Shown here: positions 11,984-24,034 of the stretch, piece by piece
How positions within the stretch are numbered: the first letter of the stretch is position 1
How the letters are laid out: every line of letters begins with the position of its first letter
Assembly: GCF_000281045.1 (NCBI RefSeq)
Contig: NW_008246068.1
Coordinates: 252,709 to 301,353, forward strand
DNA from: Saprolegnia diclina VS20
Taxonomy: Eukaryota
Length of the DNA: 48,645 bases
Reading direction: 5' to 3'
Translations under genes and position numbers: made by a program
The notes under the pieces: generated by a model
Seen by the model: only the letters and a program-made list of their open reading frames with translations
What the model was told of the DNA's origin: nothing
Database searches by the model: none

Positions 11984-13195
11984 CTTGTCGTCGTCCGTCG
12001 ATCGTCGAGTCCGTGGCCGCGTCCCGGTTGTCGTCGCCACCGGTCCGCGCTGTAAGTTCAAAGGGCTTCTATCGCCTCCCAAAGTTGATATGTCCTGCCC
12101 AGCAGGTCGAAAACCTCTGATATTGGATATTTGAGATGTATCGGATGCTACAGACTATCGATTGACACAGGTTTCCACTCACGCCATGCCTTGCGGCGAC
12201 GATTCTGATTGGCTGGCGAGCCGGCGACTAAACCCGTCGACACTCGACTAAGAGGTTTGTCCCAATGTCCCATGAAACGGCTTGGGAGAAACTTTTCTAG
12301 GTTCCGAATCTCAAGTTCATCGTCCTTGCTGGCAGTGTCCAATTGGTGCCTCCTGCGCGCTGACAGTGCGACAACGTACCTCGATCTGCAATGGACTCCA
12401 AAGACCACGGTACGCACAAGACGAGACGTCTTCCTTATAAAACACGAGGTACAGCTGGCTCGATATATCGTCGAAGCTCAGGTGCGCGCACTTGAAACCG
12501 GCGCCTGTAACGATTTCAGTCGCAAGAACGTCCTGTCGCTGCTGTGCGCCGTCTTGCCAACGTTGGCGACCAAGAGCAACCTCCCACGGCCTATCGACCT
12601 CCTAGTATTCGTGTGCTGGCGATCTGCACGCGTGCCACCATCGTTGCGCTGACCCGACGTGGGAAAAACCCATTTAGTCGCAACCTGTTTAGTCGAAAGT
12701 GTGTTCTCAGGAAAAAGCGATTGGAGACCAAATGGCCATGGCCCGTCGCAGGCCGACAGCGCAACGGCAAGTCCACCGCCTTTCGACCTTAGCCGGTTCC
12801 GACTAGTAGTCGGTTAATATGTACAAATTGTACATGCTATTTCGCACCAGAGTATACTCGACGCCTGCTCATCTAGCGCTTGTGTCAAGCAGCGACGACG
12901 TCCAAGGACCCCTGCCGAGATGGCCGCACGGTTGGGGCCAAACTCTCAACCGCTCAAATGGCATTGCAGCGAGCCTGGAGGCACACCAATACTGGCGCGT
13001 TGAGGCCGCTTCCCTCCAAGTTAGCACAGCGTGCTCTCGTCTCGAGCTCCGTAGGGGTGTATGCACTTGGTAGCTGGGAGGTATTGGTCGCGTCGGACAC
13101 TTCCGCAAAGGTCGATCACACCTCCAACTACGTGGCTAGTCCTTTTTATAAACCAAATTTGACATGTTCCGTTTCCCCCTTTTTATATCGGCATT

Positions 13196-15146
13196 ATGTC
13201 GACGCAGCTGCTCTGCGTCGGCCCGGAGCGACCGTCGTATCTCTTTGGCCGCTGGAAGCGCCACGTCATCCGCTGGATCGCGGTCCTTCTGCTACTGAGC
13301 TCCATGTTCTTTCTGCTCTGCTTTGCCGCCGTCTATCTGCTCGTCCCGGCCGACCAAGCCCGCGTCGTCGGTGTCTGGGCGCCTCTCCTCAACGCCGGCG
13401 TCTCCTTCGTCCTCGCAGGTTTGCACCTCTGCGGCATCCTCAGTGCGTGCTGTGGAGGCGGCGGCGCGCACGCGTCCATTGCGCCCGAGACGCCTGACGC
13501 GTCGGTCGAGGGCCGTGGCTGCACTGCCTGCGTGCGGCGCATGTACACCACACACTTTAGCCGCTTTGGGACCTTTGGCTTGTTGGGGCCGCAGTACGAA
13601 GCCAAGCTCATGCTCAAGCAAGTGGTGCAGATTCCCGCGCAGCTCTACCAAGCGTACCGAATGAGCTGGCTGCTCACAGACGCGACAGCATCGCTCGCGT
13701 ACGCGCTTGTGCTCGTCTGCAACTGCATCGCGCTGCCACTCTTGCTCGCGAGTGGCAACCCGTTCACGCGTCGCTGGGTCGCCGCCTTCCTCGATGCAAT
13801 TCTCACATTTCTACTTTCGTCGGGGATTCCGTTGATTTTGAACTTTCGCGCCATCGCCACGTACTATTTTGCAAAAGATGCGAGTATCTTGGACAACCAC
13901 GCGTGGCTCAACGCGACGATCTTGCTCGCGCGCTTCGTCGTCGTGAGCAGTCCACTGGACTTTGTGACCAAAGTTGTGCCCTTCTTCACCTGCTACCTCT
14001 CACTGCGGAGCATGACCCACGCTGGCCGCGTGCGTCTCACGTAACCTGAACGATACAATCGTACTCGCTGACACCGTGCTGCATAGGCCCGCCGGACGCC
14101 AAAAGCTCTTGCTCAACAAGGTGCTGTCTCGGCGCTGGCGCTACCTCTACTCCTTCGTCTCGGTCGGCACGGGTATCGGTTTGCTCGGGATCGCGGCGGC
14201 GGCCGTACAGGCCCGGCACTGCCCACACGGCTGCCTCCTCCAGACGTATCCGTGGCTTGCGACGGAATGCACGTGTGTCATGCTGCGCGTCAACTGCGCA
14301 ACGACGCCTCTCGTGACCGACCTCGAGACGTATCTGGCGCCGATGTTACCCGACCTCTTTGACTTGGAAGTGGAGCAGTGCGACTTGCCAAGTGCACTCT
14401 CAGCGAGAGCATTGAGCCGCATGCGCAACCTCTACAGCATCACGCTGCAGCGAACCAACACGGTGCGCTGGGACGTCTCGCCGGACGCGCTGCCACGTAC
14501 GCTGTTTGCCATATTTCTCTGCCATCTCTACTTGCCGGCGGTCCCGATGGTCTTGCAACGTCTCTCGGGCAATGTACACTATGTCTTCTTGCGCAACGTG
14601 TCGCTCTACGCGAACGCGTCACTGCCCGCAGCGTTTACGACGCTCGTCATGCTCGAAGTGAGCAATGCGAGCTTGGTTCAGATGCCGCTGGTGCTGGCGC
14701 CGCAGATGACATATCTCAATTTCCAAAACAATGCCATTCTCGATTTGCCGACAAATCTACCGGCCGTCGGGTTCATCAACTTTGTCAACAACTCGATTGC
14801 GCAAATCCCTCTCTCGCTCGCAGAGAGCATCGGGCCGTACCAGACGCTGCATTTGGAAGGCAACCCGATCGCATCGCTGCCACCCGAGTTCAATGTCGAC
14901 GTGCTGCGCACTGGCCGGCTCGTCCTTCGGGAAACGCCCCTCTGCGACCGCCTCGGCGCACGACGTGATGCCACGGGGCTCTCGCCGCTCGAGCGTCAGA
15001 TCTTTGAAGCCCGAGACGCCATTTGTCCGCCTCAATGTAGTGTTGGCTGCTACGAGAGCTTGCTGGGCAACACCAACTGCAACATGGAGTGCTTGACACC
15101 ATCGTGCAACAATGACGACGGCGACTGCGATCGTTTCATTCTCTGA
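13196..15146 (+). CDS. Multi-pass membrane protein with LRR ectodomain and C-terminal LNR (Lin-12/Notch) repeat; intron 14041-14086
   Basis: Hydrophobic TM segments fill exon 1. Exon 2 has LxxLxLxxNxI repeats (LNFQNNAILDLP, LHLEGNPIASLP) and the terminal CSVGCYESLLGNTNCNMECLTPSCNNDDGDC. The phase-2 GT-AG intron restores the frame. Confidence 0.8.
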
Positions 15147-15344
15147 TCGTCGACGACGGCGCAGCCGGGTGCCCGAGAGGCCGAGCGGTACGACGCCTAC
15201 GTAGCCACCACGCGAGCATCCGCCGCAAGAGACGAAGGAGCCGTGATGCTATAGTCACGAGTTGGACACGGCCACCCCACACCACGGGATACTGTCGACT
15301 AAGAAGTTAATCCGTATAAGACTAGTATATCAGTATATCGCTGA

Positions 15345-15526
15345 CAAGGGACAGTGTTTGCCAAAAGCGTCGACAGAAGAGCCCGACGAGCCCCCGCGCC
15401 GCCGGCTGCGCAGCATAAATGAAGAAGAAGGAGAGTGCTAGTCTCATGCGAAGTCGTACTGTAATTATGAAGATAACCCGAAACGCGTTCATATATATAT
15501 ATATATATATTCAAGGGACAGTGTTT
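15345..15526 (+). repeat. 15-bp direct repeats CAAGGGACAGTGTTT flanking a 152-bp segment that ends in (AT)10
   Basis: Copies at 15345-15359 and 15512-15526; (AT)n at 15491-15510. Confidence 0.8.
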
Positions 15527-15628
15527 TATATCCTTCCTAGGCGCTCTGAGAGAAGGGTTGGGGGAGTGCGATCTAGAAGCCCCGAGAGTTTCGACCTCGG
15601 ATTTTGGATTTTGGCTTTTGGCTCTACG

Positions 15629-17121
15629 ATGACGTCCGGGGCGCTCCTCGCGATGCCGATGCTGCTCATCAACATGGGTGGCGAGATGATCTACGTGCTG
15701 GACCAGCGCTTGAAGGCGCAAAACATCCCCGACGACAAGAGCATTAAAGGTCTGGTATTATTTGCTGAAAGAGGAACTACACGCGTGACGTAGTGCTCGT
15801 CGACGTCGTCAAGACCATGTACAACACCAAGTTCATCTCGGAGCTCTTCCGGCCGCACCACATGTACTCGAACCTCTCGACGCGCCAGATCTTTGACCGG
15901 CTCGCGCACTCGTCCATCATGCGCCTCAACCAGTCGAGCATGGACAAGGTACCTCTCGCATCGACTGCGTATTGGTAGAATTGCCAGTAGCTGTACGGGC
16001 TCATGCGCATGGGGTTCAAGTCGAACCTCCTCGCGTGCTCGTCGGCCGACCAGCTCGTGCAAGTGACCATGAACCACCTCCAGAGCATCAAGGCGATCGT
16101 CAAGGCGGACGAAGCCACGTCGCTCATCGAAGACGCAGTTGTGCTCACGGCGTCGGTAGGCTCCACATCCCAATCGTATTGGTCGTATTCCATGCGGCAA
16201 GGTGTACGGGTCGCTCTCGCACGCCAACTTTCTCTTGCTCAAGCAGCACCTCGCGCGCTTCTTCCAAGACGTGCGCATCAAGGTCTCGCTCTTCCTCCAG
16301 TCCGGCCTCCAGAACCCCGACGGCGCCTTTGTGCTGCGCGCCAAGGGCCCGGTCGCGACCGGCGGGGACATTCCCGGCGTCGTCCGGTAGTAATATTTGT
16401 GTACAAGTTGTCGCATCGACAATATTAGGTACTTTGACGACCGCGGCAAAGTGGTTGACAAGGACATGTTTGATTTGCAAAACGCTGTCGGCGCGATCGC
16501 AGTCGACGACGGACCGATACTGACGCGGGACCCAGCACTGTGCCCATTTGGCGAGAATTTGTGCGTCCAACTCGCCAAACTATGAGACATGACAGTAGGG
16601 GTAGGTATGCGCCCACGGCCAAGCCCGACCTCAAGTCGGTGGCTGAAATGACGGCCGATGCCAAGCGCACGGGCGCACGCGGCGCCGACAAGGCCGACGC
16701 GCCGGCCAAGCAGTACAAGGCGACAGCGCAGGACGGACTCAACCTGCTCGCCGACCTCCTCGGCAACTCGGCCAAGGAGACGGAAGCCAAACCGTTCAAG
16801 ATCGCGCTCTTTGCCGGCGACACGGGCGACGACGACGACGAGTAGTCCGTGTCTCCACTTGGCAAGGTTGTTGACATTCGCTCGTGTGTAGCGACAGCAA
16901 GGGCCATGACGCGCACGTGACGATGATCACTATCGACGCGCTGAGCGACCACAAGGCCTCGACCAAGCACCTCCTCGACGACTTTGATGTCGACGTCAAG
17001 GCCCGCGCCGAAGGTGCCACCACCTTGAAACATTGAAACATTGAAAGATACCACACTGTACGTAGGCAAGAAGGGCAGCGACGACGACGATCTCTTAAGT
17101 TTAATGGACGCGTCCGCGTAA
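15629..17121 (+). CDS. OSCP1: Organic solute carrier partner 1 (OSCP1) homolog, multi-exon
   Basis: PMLLINMGGEMIYVLDQRLKAQNI and FDRLAHSSIMRLNQSSMDKLYGLM are hallmark OSCP1 sequences. Spliced exons lead to DDDLLSLMDASA* at 17121. Confidence 0.9.
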
Positions 17122-17148
17122 CGACACATGACAGAGACGACGACGATC

Positions 17149-20100
17149 TCACTTGGACACGTGGCCGCATTTGAGGCACTAGCAACAAGCAATATCAGCA
17201 CCTACCCTCGTAAAGGACCGAGTACCTTGTATACCGTCGAGCCGCTCGGCACGGCCAAGAGCGTCTTGCACTTGGCGCACGTCACCTTGACAACGTCTAC
17301 GCCGAGCTCGTCAGCGTCGGAAGGACCGAGATATGTACCGTCCGAGCCCATGACACGCGAAACGCCCTTGCAGTGGCCACACTGGATCGTGGGCTGCCCC
17401 GGCGGCGCCGACAGCATCTTGTGGCAGTGGCCGCACTTGACGAGCGTCGGCTTGGGCGGTTGTTCGATCCTACGCCAACTACAGTGAGGATACTGTCTTG
17501 AGCTCTCCAACGACAACTTGTTGACAGAGTTGCATTCGGGGCAGACGACGTCGGCGAGGTCCAAGCCGTCGGGCAAGTGCAGACCGCGGTGACAGCCCTT
17601 GCAGATGATCGTGGTCGTGCCCGGCGGCGCGGGGGCGGGACTTGGCGACGAGCCGCCGAGCGGGCGCTGGCACAGTGGACACGGAATCGTGTGCAAATAT
17701 GCACTACAACCCGGAGGAACGTTGACGTTGCCGAGGCAGTGCGGGCAAATGACGTGCTCGTCGTCGTCGTCGATGACCGCCTCGTTGTAGTAGTTGGTGC
17801 TGCCCGAGCTCGGCGCGTACTCGCCGTAGCTGCTGTACGAGCCCGGCGCAAAGCTCGAGGACGATGAGCCATAGTTGTCGCCGTAGCTCGAGGCATAGTT
17901 GTCCGAGTAGCCCGAGTAGCGGGATTCGAGGTCCCGCGACAGCTGCGTCGCCAGCACTGCATCGGTCCGCACAGGGCCGTACCCAAATGCACCGTCGGCC
18001 GCGCCTTCATCGATCGCATCTTCCGACAAGGCGGCGGTCTCCAGCGCATCGTTCTCTGTTGGCGCCTCGGACACTTCGAGGACGTCGACACCGAGGGCCA
18101 CGTAGATACGCCGCACCGTCATATCGGTCGCTGCATGCGTCGCCAGCCACTGCACGACGCTTGGGTTGTTGAAGATCGACACGTGGAACGCAGTGTCGTA
18201 GCAGAGGACGTCGAGGACATGCACTGCGAGCGGCCGCACCGCGTCATCGTCAAGCGATGCAAACACAAGCCACTGCAACAGCAGCATGGGGAAGAAGGCC
18301 CGGACGCGGGTGTGGCCCAGGCTCAGCGCGACGTCCAGCCATGCGTGGCGCAGCGAGCTTGTCTCGGTGAGCGCCTCGTACACGTGGACTTGCACGAGGT
18401 ACAAGACGTCCTTGCAGCGCGACGGGTCGTCGAGCACGGTGCAGAGAACCGCGATCGTCCGACCGACCTCTTCATGCACCAAGAGAAAGGCGGGACCCGC
18501 CAGCACCGCCAGGAGATCCCAGAGCGCATCGTGCATTTCGGCGGCGGCGAGGCGCGCCATGTACCGGTACCGGAGCAGCGTCAACGCCCCTATTGCGATC
18601 GCAGCATGCTCGACCGCGCTGCGCTCGGTGATGTACTGCAGCCACATGTAGAGCTCGGCGTAGACGTCACCTCGGCCCACAATGTGCGCCCGGGCGTCGG
18701 CAACCGCACACACGCGCACGAGAAGGTCGACGACGAGGTGCGCGAGCGGCGCGTTGGCCGTGTACTTGGACGTTGACGCCGGCCGCGCGACCGAGTCGAG
18801 GCACGAGTACGCTTCACTGGCGTCGGGCTGCATCGAGTGCTGTAACAGTAGCGCCCAGAGATCGACGGCTTCGGCCACGACGAGGCGCGCCGCCTTGTCC
18901 TTGGACGCGACAAGGTGCAGGACTTGAACGATGGCAAGGACGTTGGATGCGTGGGCGTCGGAGGCGGCGAGCGACTGCACAAAGCTCAGCAAGGTGGACA
19001 CGCCGTTGCAGAGACTGAGCCGCTCCGTGCCCAATGGAATCGACGAGAGCGACACGAGCACGCGCTGACAGAGGTCGCTGTCCGGCCCCGCGCTCGTTTG
19101 AAGAAACGCGACCATGTACTCGATCGCGCCACCGTCAATGAGCGCCAGCGCCACGCGCGGAAGCGCGACAAGCGCCACCAGCAGCGGCAGCGCGACCGAC
19201 CGCATCGCCCCCGCGACCTCGCAGATGCGGGGGGCCACCTCGCAGAGCACGTTGACCTCGGCCGTCTTGAGCGGCGGCCGCGACACAAACGCCGTCAAGA
19301 CAACGCACGCTTCCCGTGTGCCGGCGTCGTCGTCGTGGAAGATGCCCGCGATCGCCGAGACAAGAAGATGGCGCGCGCGGTACGTGTTGACGGTCGCCCA
19401 CACAAGGCCCATGTCACACCCCTCGCTCACCGCAAACTCGAGCACCGTCAGCGTCGAGGCGACGTGGTCTTTGGACGAGAGGCCGCACAGCGCGGCGCGG
19501 CACGAGTCGGGCGACTCGATGAGCGGCGCAATGTGACTCTTCATTGCGTCCGGGTTGCAGTCGATGAGGTTGCCGAGGCCGACGAGGCAGTGGAGCCGCA
19601 CGGAAGCCGTCGTCGTCTGCGTCGGCAAGAGGGCGAGCACAAGGTCCCGGTACGTCGCCACGTCATCGTCGTTGGTGGACGACACGACCAAGTCACTCCC
19701 AATGAGCACGGCCGAGAGCAGTACGTGGTCGTGCAGCTGCAGTCCGGACGCCCCGAGGATCACATTGACCGTCGCGAGGTCGTTGGCCGCGACCAGATGG
19801 CGCCAGACCGCATGAGCCCGCAGAAACGTGTGGAGGTCCTCGAGCGATGGCTCAACGAGAGTGATCTTGGTCGTGTTGGCCAGCATGCTCTCGGTGAGGG
19901 GCTGCACGATCGGGTCCAGCGACCGCAGTTGCAGTAGCATCGTCGCCACAAACCCGTCGATAGGGGCACTCCACATACTCGGCTCCTTGGCCAACACGCA
20001 AAACACATGAGCGGCGACCGTGTTGCCCTTGGCGTACAGCGCCACGAGGTGCGTTAGGGCCTCGGCGTGCTGGAGGAGCGCCGCGATGAACGCGGGCGAC

Positions 20101-23100
20101 CGCAGCATGGCCTGGACGACGCTGAGAACGGTCTCGAGCGCCAGCGGAACGCCGAGCCCACGCAAGACAACCCGGTGCACGTCGGCTTGCAACAGGTACG
20201 GCAGCGCGGTATGCGTCGCGGCCAGCTCCGACACGATCGAGAGGAGATTTGAGAGAAGTGACGATGCCCCGGTGTACGCCTTCTCGAGCAGCTCGCCGAG
20301 CAGCTCCAGGAAATCGAGGCACGCCGCATGGCCCGACGCGCCAGCGATATACAAGGTCACAAACTGAGCCTTCCACACGATGTGCAAGAGGAGCACGTGG
20401 ACGCCGTCGAGCGCCTTGGGCACGAGCTCGGCGGCCGTCGCATGGTTGACAAGAAACGTAATCATGGTCGACCACACTGTCTGCATCGTCGGCGGATGGC
20501 TCCATCCGGACGTGCGCGCCCCCGTCTGCAGCATCGAGAGGAGCAAGTCGAGAGCAAGGGACGCGATTGCCGGGTCCGACAGCGTGGCTTCCTGCCGCTG
20601 CAGCACGGCGCACGCCGCGGTCAAGCCGCCGGCATCCAGGAGCGCGGGTGCGCTCGTGAGCGTGGCCAGACACGCGAGCACCTCCAGAAGAAAGTCCCGC
20701 GCAATGTAGCCGTGCAGCACAAACGCGTGGAGCGTGCTTGGGTACAAACTGCCGATCGCACGGGCTTGGAGCGCAGGCCGCGTCGCGCAGAGCGTCGTCA
20801 CAGCCTTGAGTGCGCCGCGTTCGAACCGGTCGTCCCCGACAAGACCAAAGAGCACGTCGGCCGTGCCGACCGTCACGGTCGTCGTCGGCGCCATTTGACG
20901 CCCGAGCTGCTCGAAAAACGTGATCGACGCTTCTTTGGTCGTCTTGGACGCGGTCGGGTCTTGGAACGCTGACTCGATGGCTTCGAGCGCGCCAAACTCG
21001 ACGACCTCGGCCACGACGCCGCCGACCGCCGTCGCGAGGCGGCTCAGCAGCAACAGCGACGCATCCAGCAGCTCGGGCGAGTGAAAGAGCACGGCGAGCG
21101 TCGACGGGACGCCGTGGCATTGCACAATCACGTTGGCAAACTCGGGCACAGTCGCGAAGGCCGAGACGAGCACAAACATGTCGGCCTGCGCCGGGACCGA
21201 TGCTGTGAACGGAACGCTCTGCGTGCTCGTGTGCAGCCACGTCATGGTCGCGACAAGGCTGTTGGCCGTTGCCAGCGCCGGGAGCAGCGCGACGCCCCGT
21301 TCGAGGGGCCGCACCATGGCGGCCAAGACACGCATCGCCTCCGCTTGGTCCTGCTCGTCGTCCAGCCGCGCCGTGAGCACACTGAGAAGCGCGGGGTTTT
21401 GGGCCAAGAGCGCAGCGTTGGTCGGGTCGACCGCGAGCGCGTAGAGCAAGCCAAATGTCGCAGTCGCGAGCTCGTCGAACGCAAGCAGCGGTGTCAGCGA
21501 AGCGTAGCTCTGGGCGACCAGCGTCGGGTCGAGGGCGAACTCGCGCTGCTGGTCGGGCGTCATAGCCGTCATAAGCCGCGTCGAGGTCGGCAGCACCGCG
21601 TGAAGCCCGATCACGTCGCCCGCGGCCGCCAAGACGAGCAGCGCTGAGAGGAGCACCTGCGCGCCGTTGTGCGTGATACAGTCGGTCACATTCTCAATGT
21701 CCTTGGTCGTGTAGGCGCAGAGGCACTGGACCGCATCGCGCTACGCCACCAAGATGAGACTCGAGGAAGACGAGCATGTCGGACCTTGACGTCGAGCGAC
21801 TCTGACACGATGAGAATCTCGAGTACGTGCGCGCCCGCGCCGGCCGTCCGCAGTGCCGTCTACATACGCCGTGAGCTCGGTAGAGACACAATGGAGCATG
21901 TACGAGGCACGCCGAGGAGCCGGACTGGCACAGATGGTACATGGCGTGCAACGCGTGGACCTCTAGCTCGGGCACGGCCATTGAGAGACAGAGCGCAATC
22001 GTGGCGCAGACGCCGGATGCAGCGGCCACGTCGCCTGCGGTCGGCGACAGGATGCGGTTGTAGAGCGCGGCGAGGTGCGACAGCACAAGGAGCGCGTGGA
22101 TCTGAACGTCTTGCGGGTCGACGTTCTTGAGGAGGCTGCAGACGACTGCGACACCACCGGCGGCCTCGACGTCGTTGAGCTGCCCGAGGCGTAGCTTGCC
22201 CATCGCCGGGTCCGTCTCCTGGCGCGGCGTCGCAAGCAGCTTGGCCAACGCGCGGAGGCGCTCGATGGTTTGCGGCACGGGCGTGCTACCGCCTTGCGTG
22301 AGGAGCCCGAGAAGGCCAACGATCGAGGTCGTGTCGCCCGCCGCCATGTTGCGCTGACAGCGCTTGCACGCCGACTAGCCATAGACATGTACGTTGCAGC
22401 GCATTCAGGAATGACGACGTAGGTACCTGGCGACCGTCGAGGCTCGGGATCGGCACCTTGTCGGTGCAGTCGCCGCAAAAGAGCCCGCCGCAGAGACGGC
22501 AGTGGTGCTACACAAGGGCGGATAAGGCCAAGAGGAGGGATAAGGAAGCACGGACGCGTCGACGGAGGACGCCAAACTTGAGGCGGCACTGGGTACAGTC
22601 CATGCGCGCAGCGTCCGGCACAATGTACGGGGCAAAGTAACTGGCCTGGACGTCCGGGATCGGGGCCCACGAGGCCGACATGCCTTCTTGCACCACGAGC
22701 GGCGCGACGGCAGGCACAAGAGGCGGCGCCATGGCGGCGGGCTCGGGCTCGGACATCGAGATGGTCGTCGCCGAGATGACGCTGCCTTCACGCTCGCTCG
22801 CATACCGGTCGAGCTCGGTGGCCATTTGGTTGATCTGCGACTCGCGCGGATCGATCCACGTCGTCGTGCGCGTGGCATGATCGACAAAGTACACGCGCCC
22901 CTACAGCGCTCATCATGACGCGCTGCTAGCACAAGGCGGGTCTCGCACCTGGTCGTCGCGCATCTCTTCCCAGCCCGGCGGCAGTGGTAGCGTCGACGGC
23001 GGCGTCCACGACGTCTACACGTTACACATGAGCTGGCTCGCATGCATCGAGTCGTCGTCGTCGCACCTCGCGCGTCGCGTGGTTCACGTAGAAGACGCGG

Positions 23101-23195
23101 CCTTGCGCATCCTCGAGCTGCTCCCAGCCTACATCGATGGAGGTCGTCGGACGCCATCCGCTGCATGGTAGAGGCCGGGTACCCGGTGCGAGCAT
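17149..23195 (-). CDS. Large multi-exon protein: two WW domains, FYVE finger, ARM/HEAT-like repeats, C-terminal CxxC zinc ribbons (LSD1-like)
   Basis: WW: GWEQLEDAQGRVFYVNHATRE and PLPPGWEE...VYFVDHATRTTTWIDPR. FYVE: CTQCRLKFGVLRRR|HHCRLCGGLFCGDC. A helical Leu/Ala-rich core follows, then repeated CxxC...CxxC (CGHCHKML, CAKCKTLL). The final exon CLKCGHVSK* is inferred. Confidence 0.8.
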
Positions 23196-24034
23196 GCTGC
23201 CAGTCGCAAAATGCAACGTCCAAGGCGAAGCGCCACAATCGAAGTTGAACTTCGAAGCCAATTACTTCGATTTTGAAATCTTTGCAAAATTTAAGGAAAT
23301 GCCAGGTGGTAAAATCCATACAAATCGCAAGCCATTTTAAAAACGCAGCGCGCCATGTCCCAGGTCCTCGTAGGACTCGCCTTGTGGCTTCAGCATCGGA
23401 CCCTTCGTGCAGCGACAAAGTGTCCTAGTCGTCGTTTGCTCGGAGATACTGCACGGTAATCATTTGGCGAATTTTACGAAATGCACTTCGTGTCCTACGG
23501 CACTGGACCGAGAATAGCGTGCAACCTGCAGCCTTTGGCAAGATTATTCAAGTCCCAACAAATAGGCATGTCCACTAGCACGGTGTCTACCACCTGCGGT
23601 ATACAGATTGTATCTCACGTTGTCGCGCACGCATTTTCGCAGTTAGCGCAGGCCGTGATGCTACGCTCTGGTGGTCTTACGACATATTACTCAGCTGCCC
23701 ACAGCATCTTCTCTAAGCCATGGGTCTTTATTATTGACCCATGTCTAAACTAAGTCCCATGCGTTCGCTTCTCGAGGACTTGCGAGATAGCGTATAGTGT
23801 TGACGATTTAGTCATAGCATTCTATTACATATTTTCCTTTGCGTCGTTCACCCAACTTCGAAGCAAATGTGCAGTCGAGCTTGCAGAGCCGACTAGAGTC
23901 AAGAAGATCTCGAGCTCGGGCTGTGATTGGTGCGTTTGTTTTGGCCAATCGCATCGTTTGGCGTGCGCCGGTAGGACAAAACGGGCGCGCCAAAATAGAG
24001 CAACCGCCAGAAAGGACAACGTTTGCGACGGTTC

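Noticed and set aside
12100..13190. Short ORFs and a doubled TTTAGTCG in the intergenic region, possibly a transposon end
   Set aside because: No matching inverted partner, TSD or recognisable protein motif was found.
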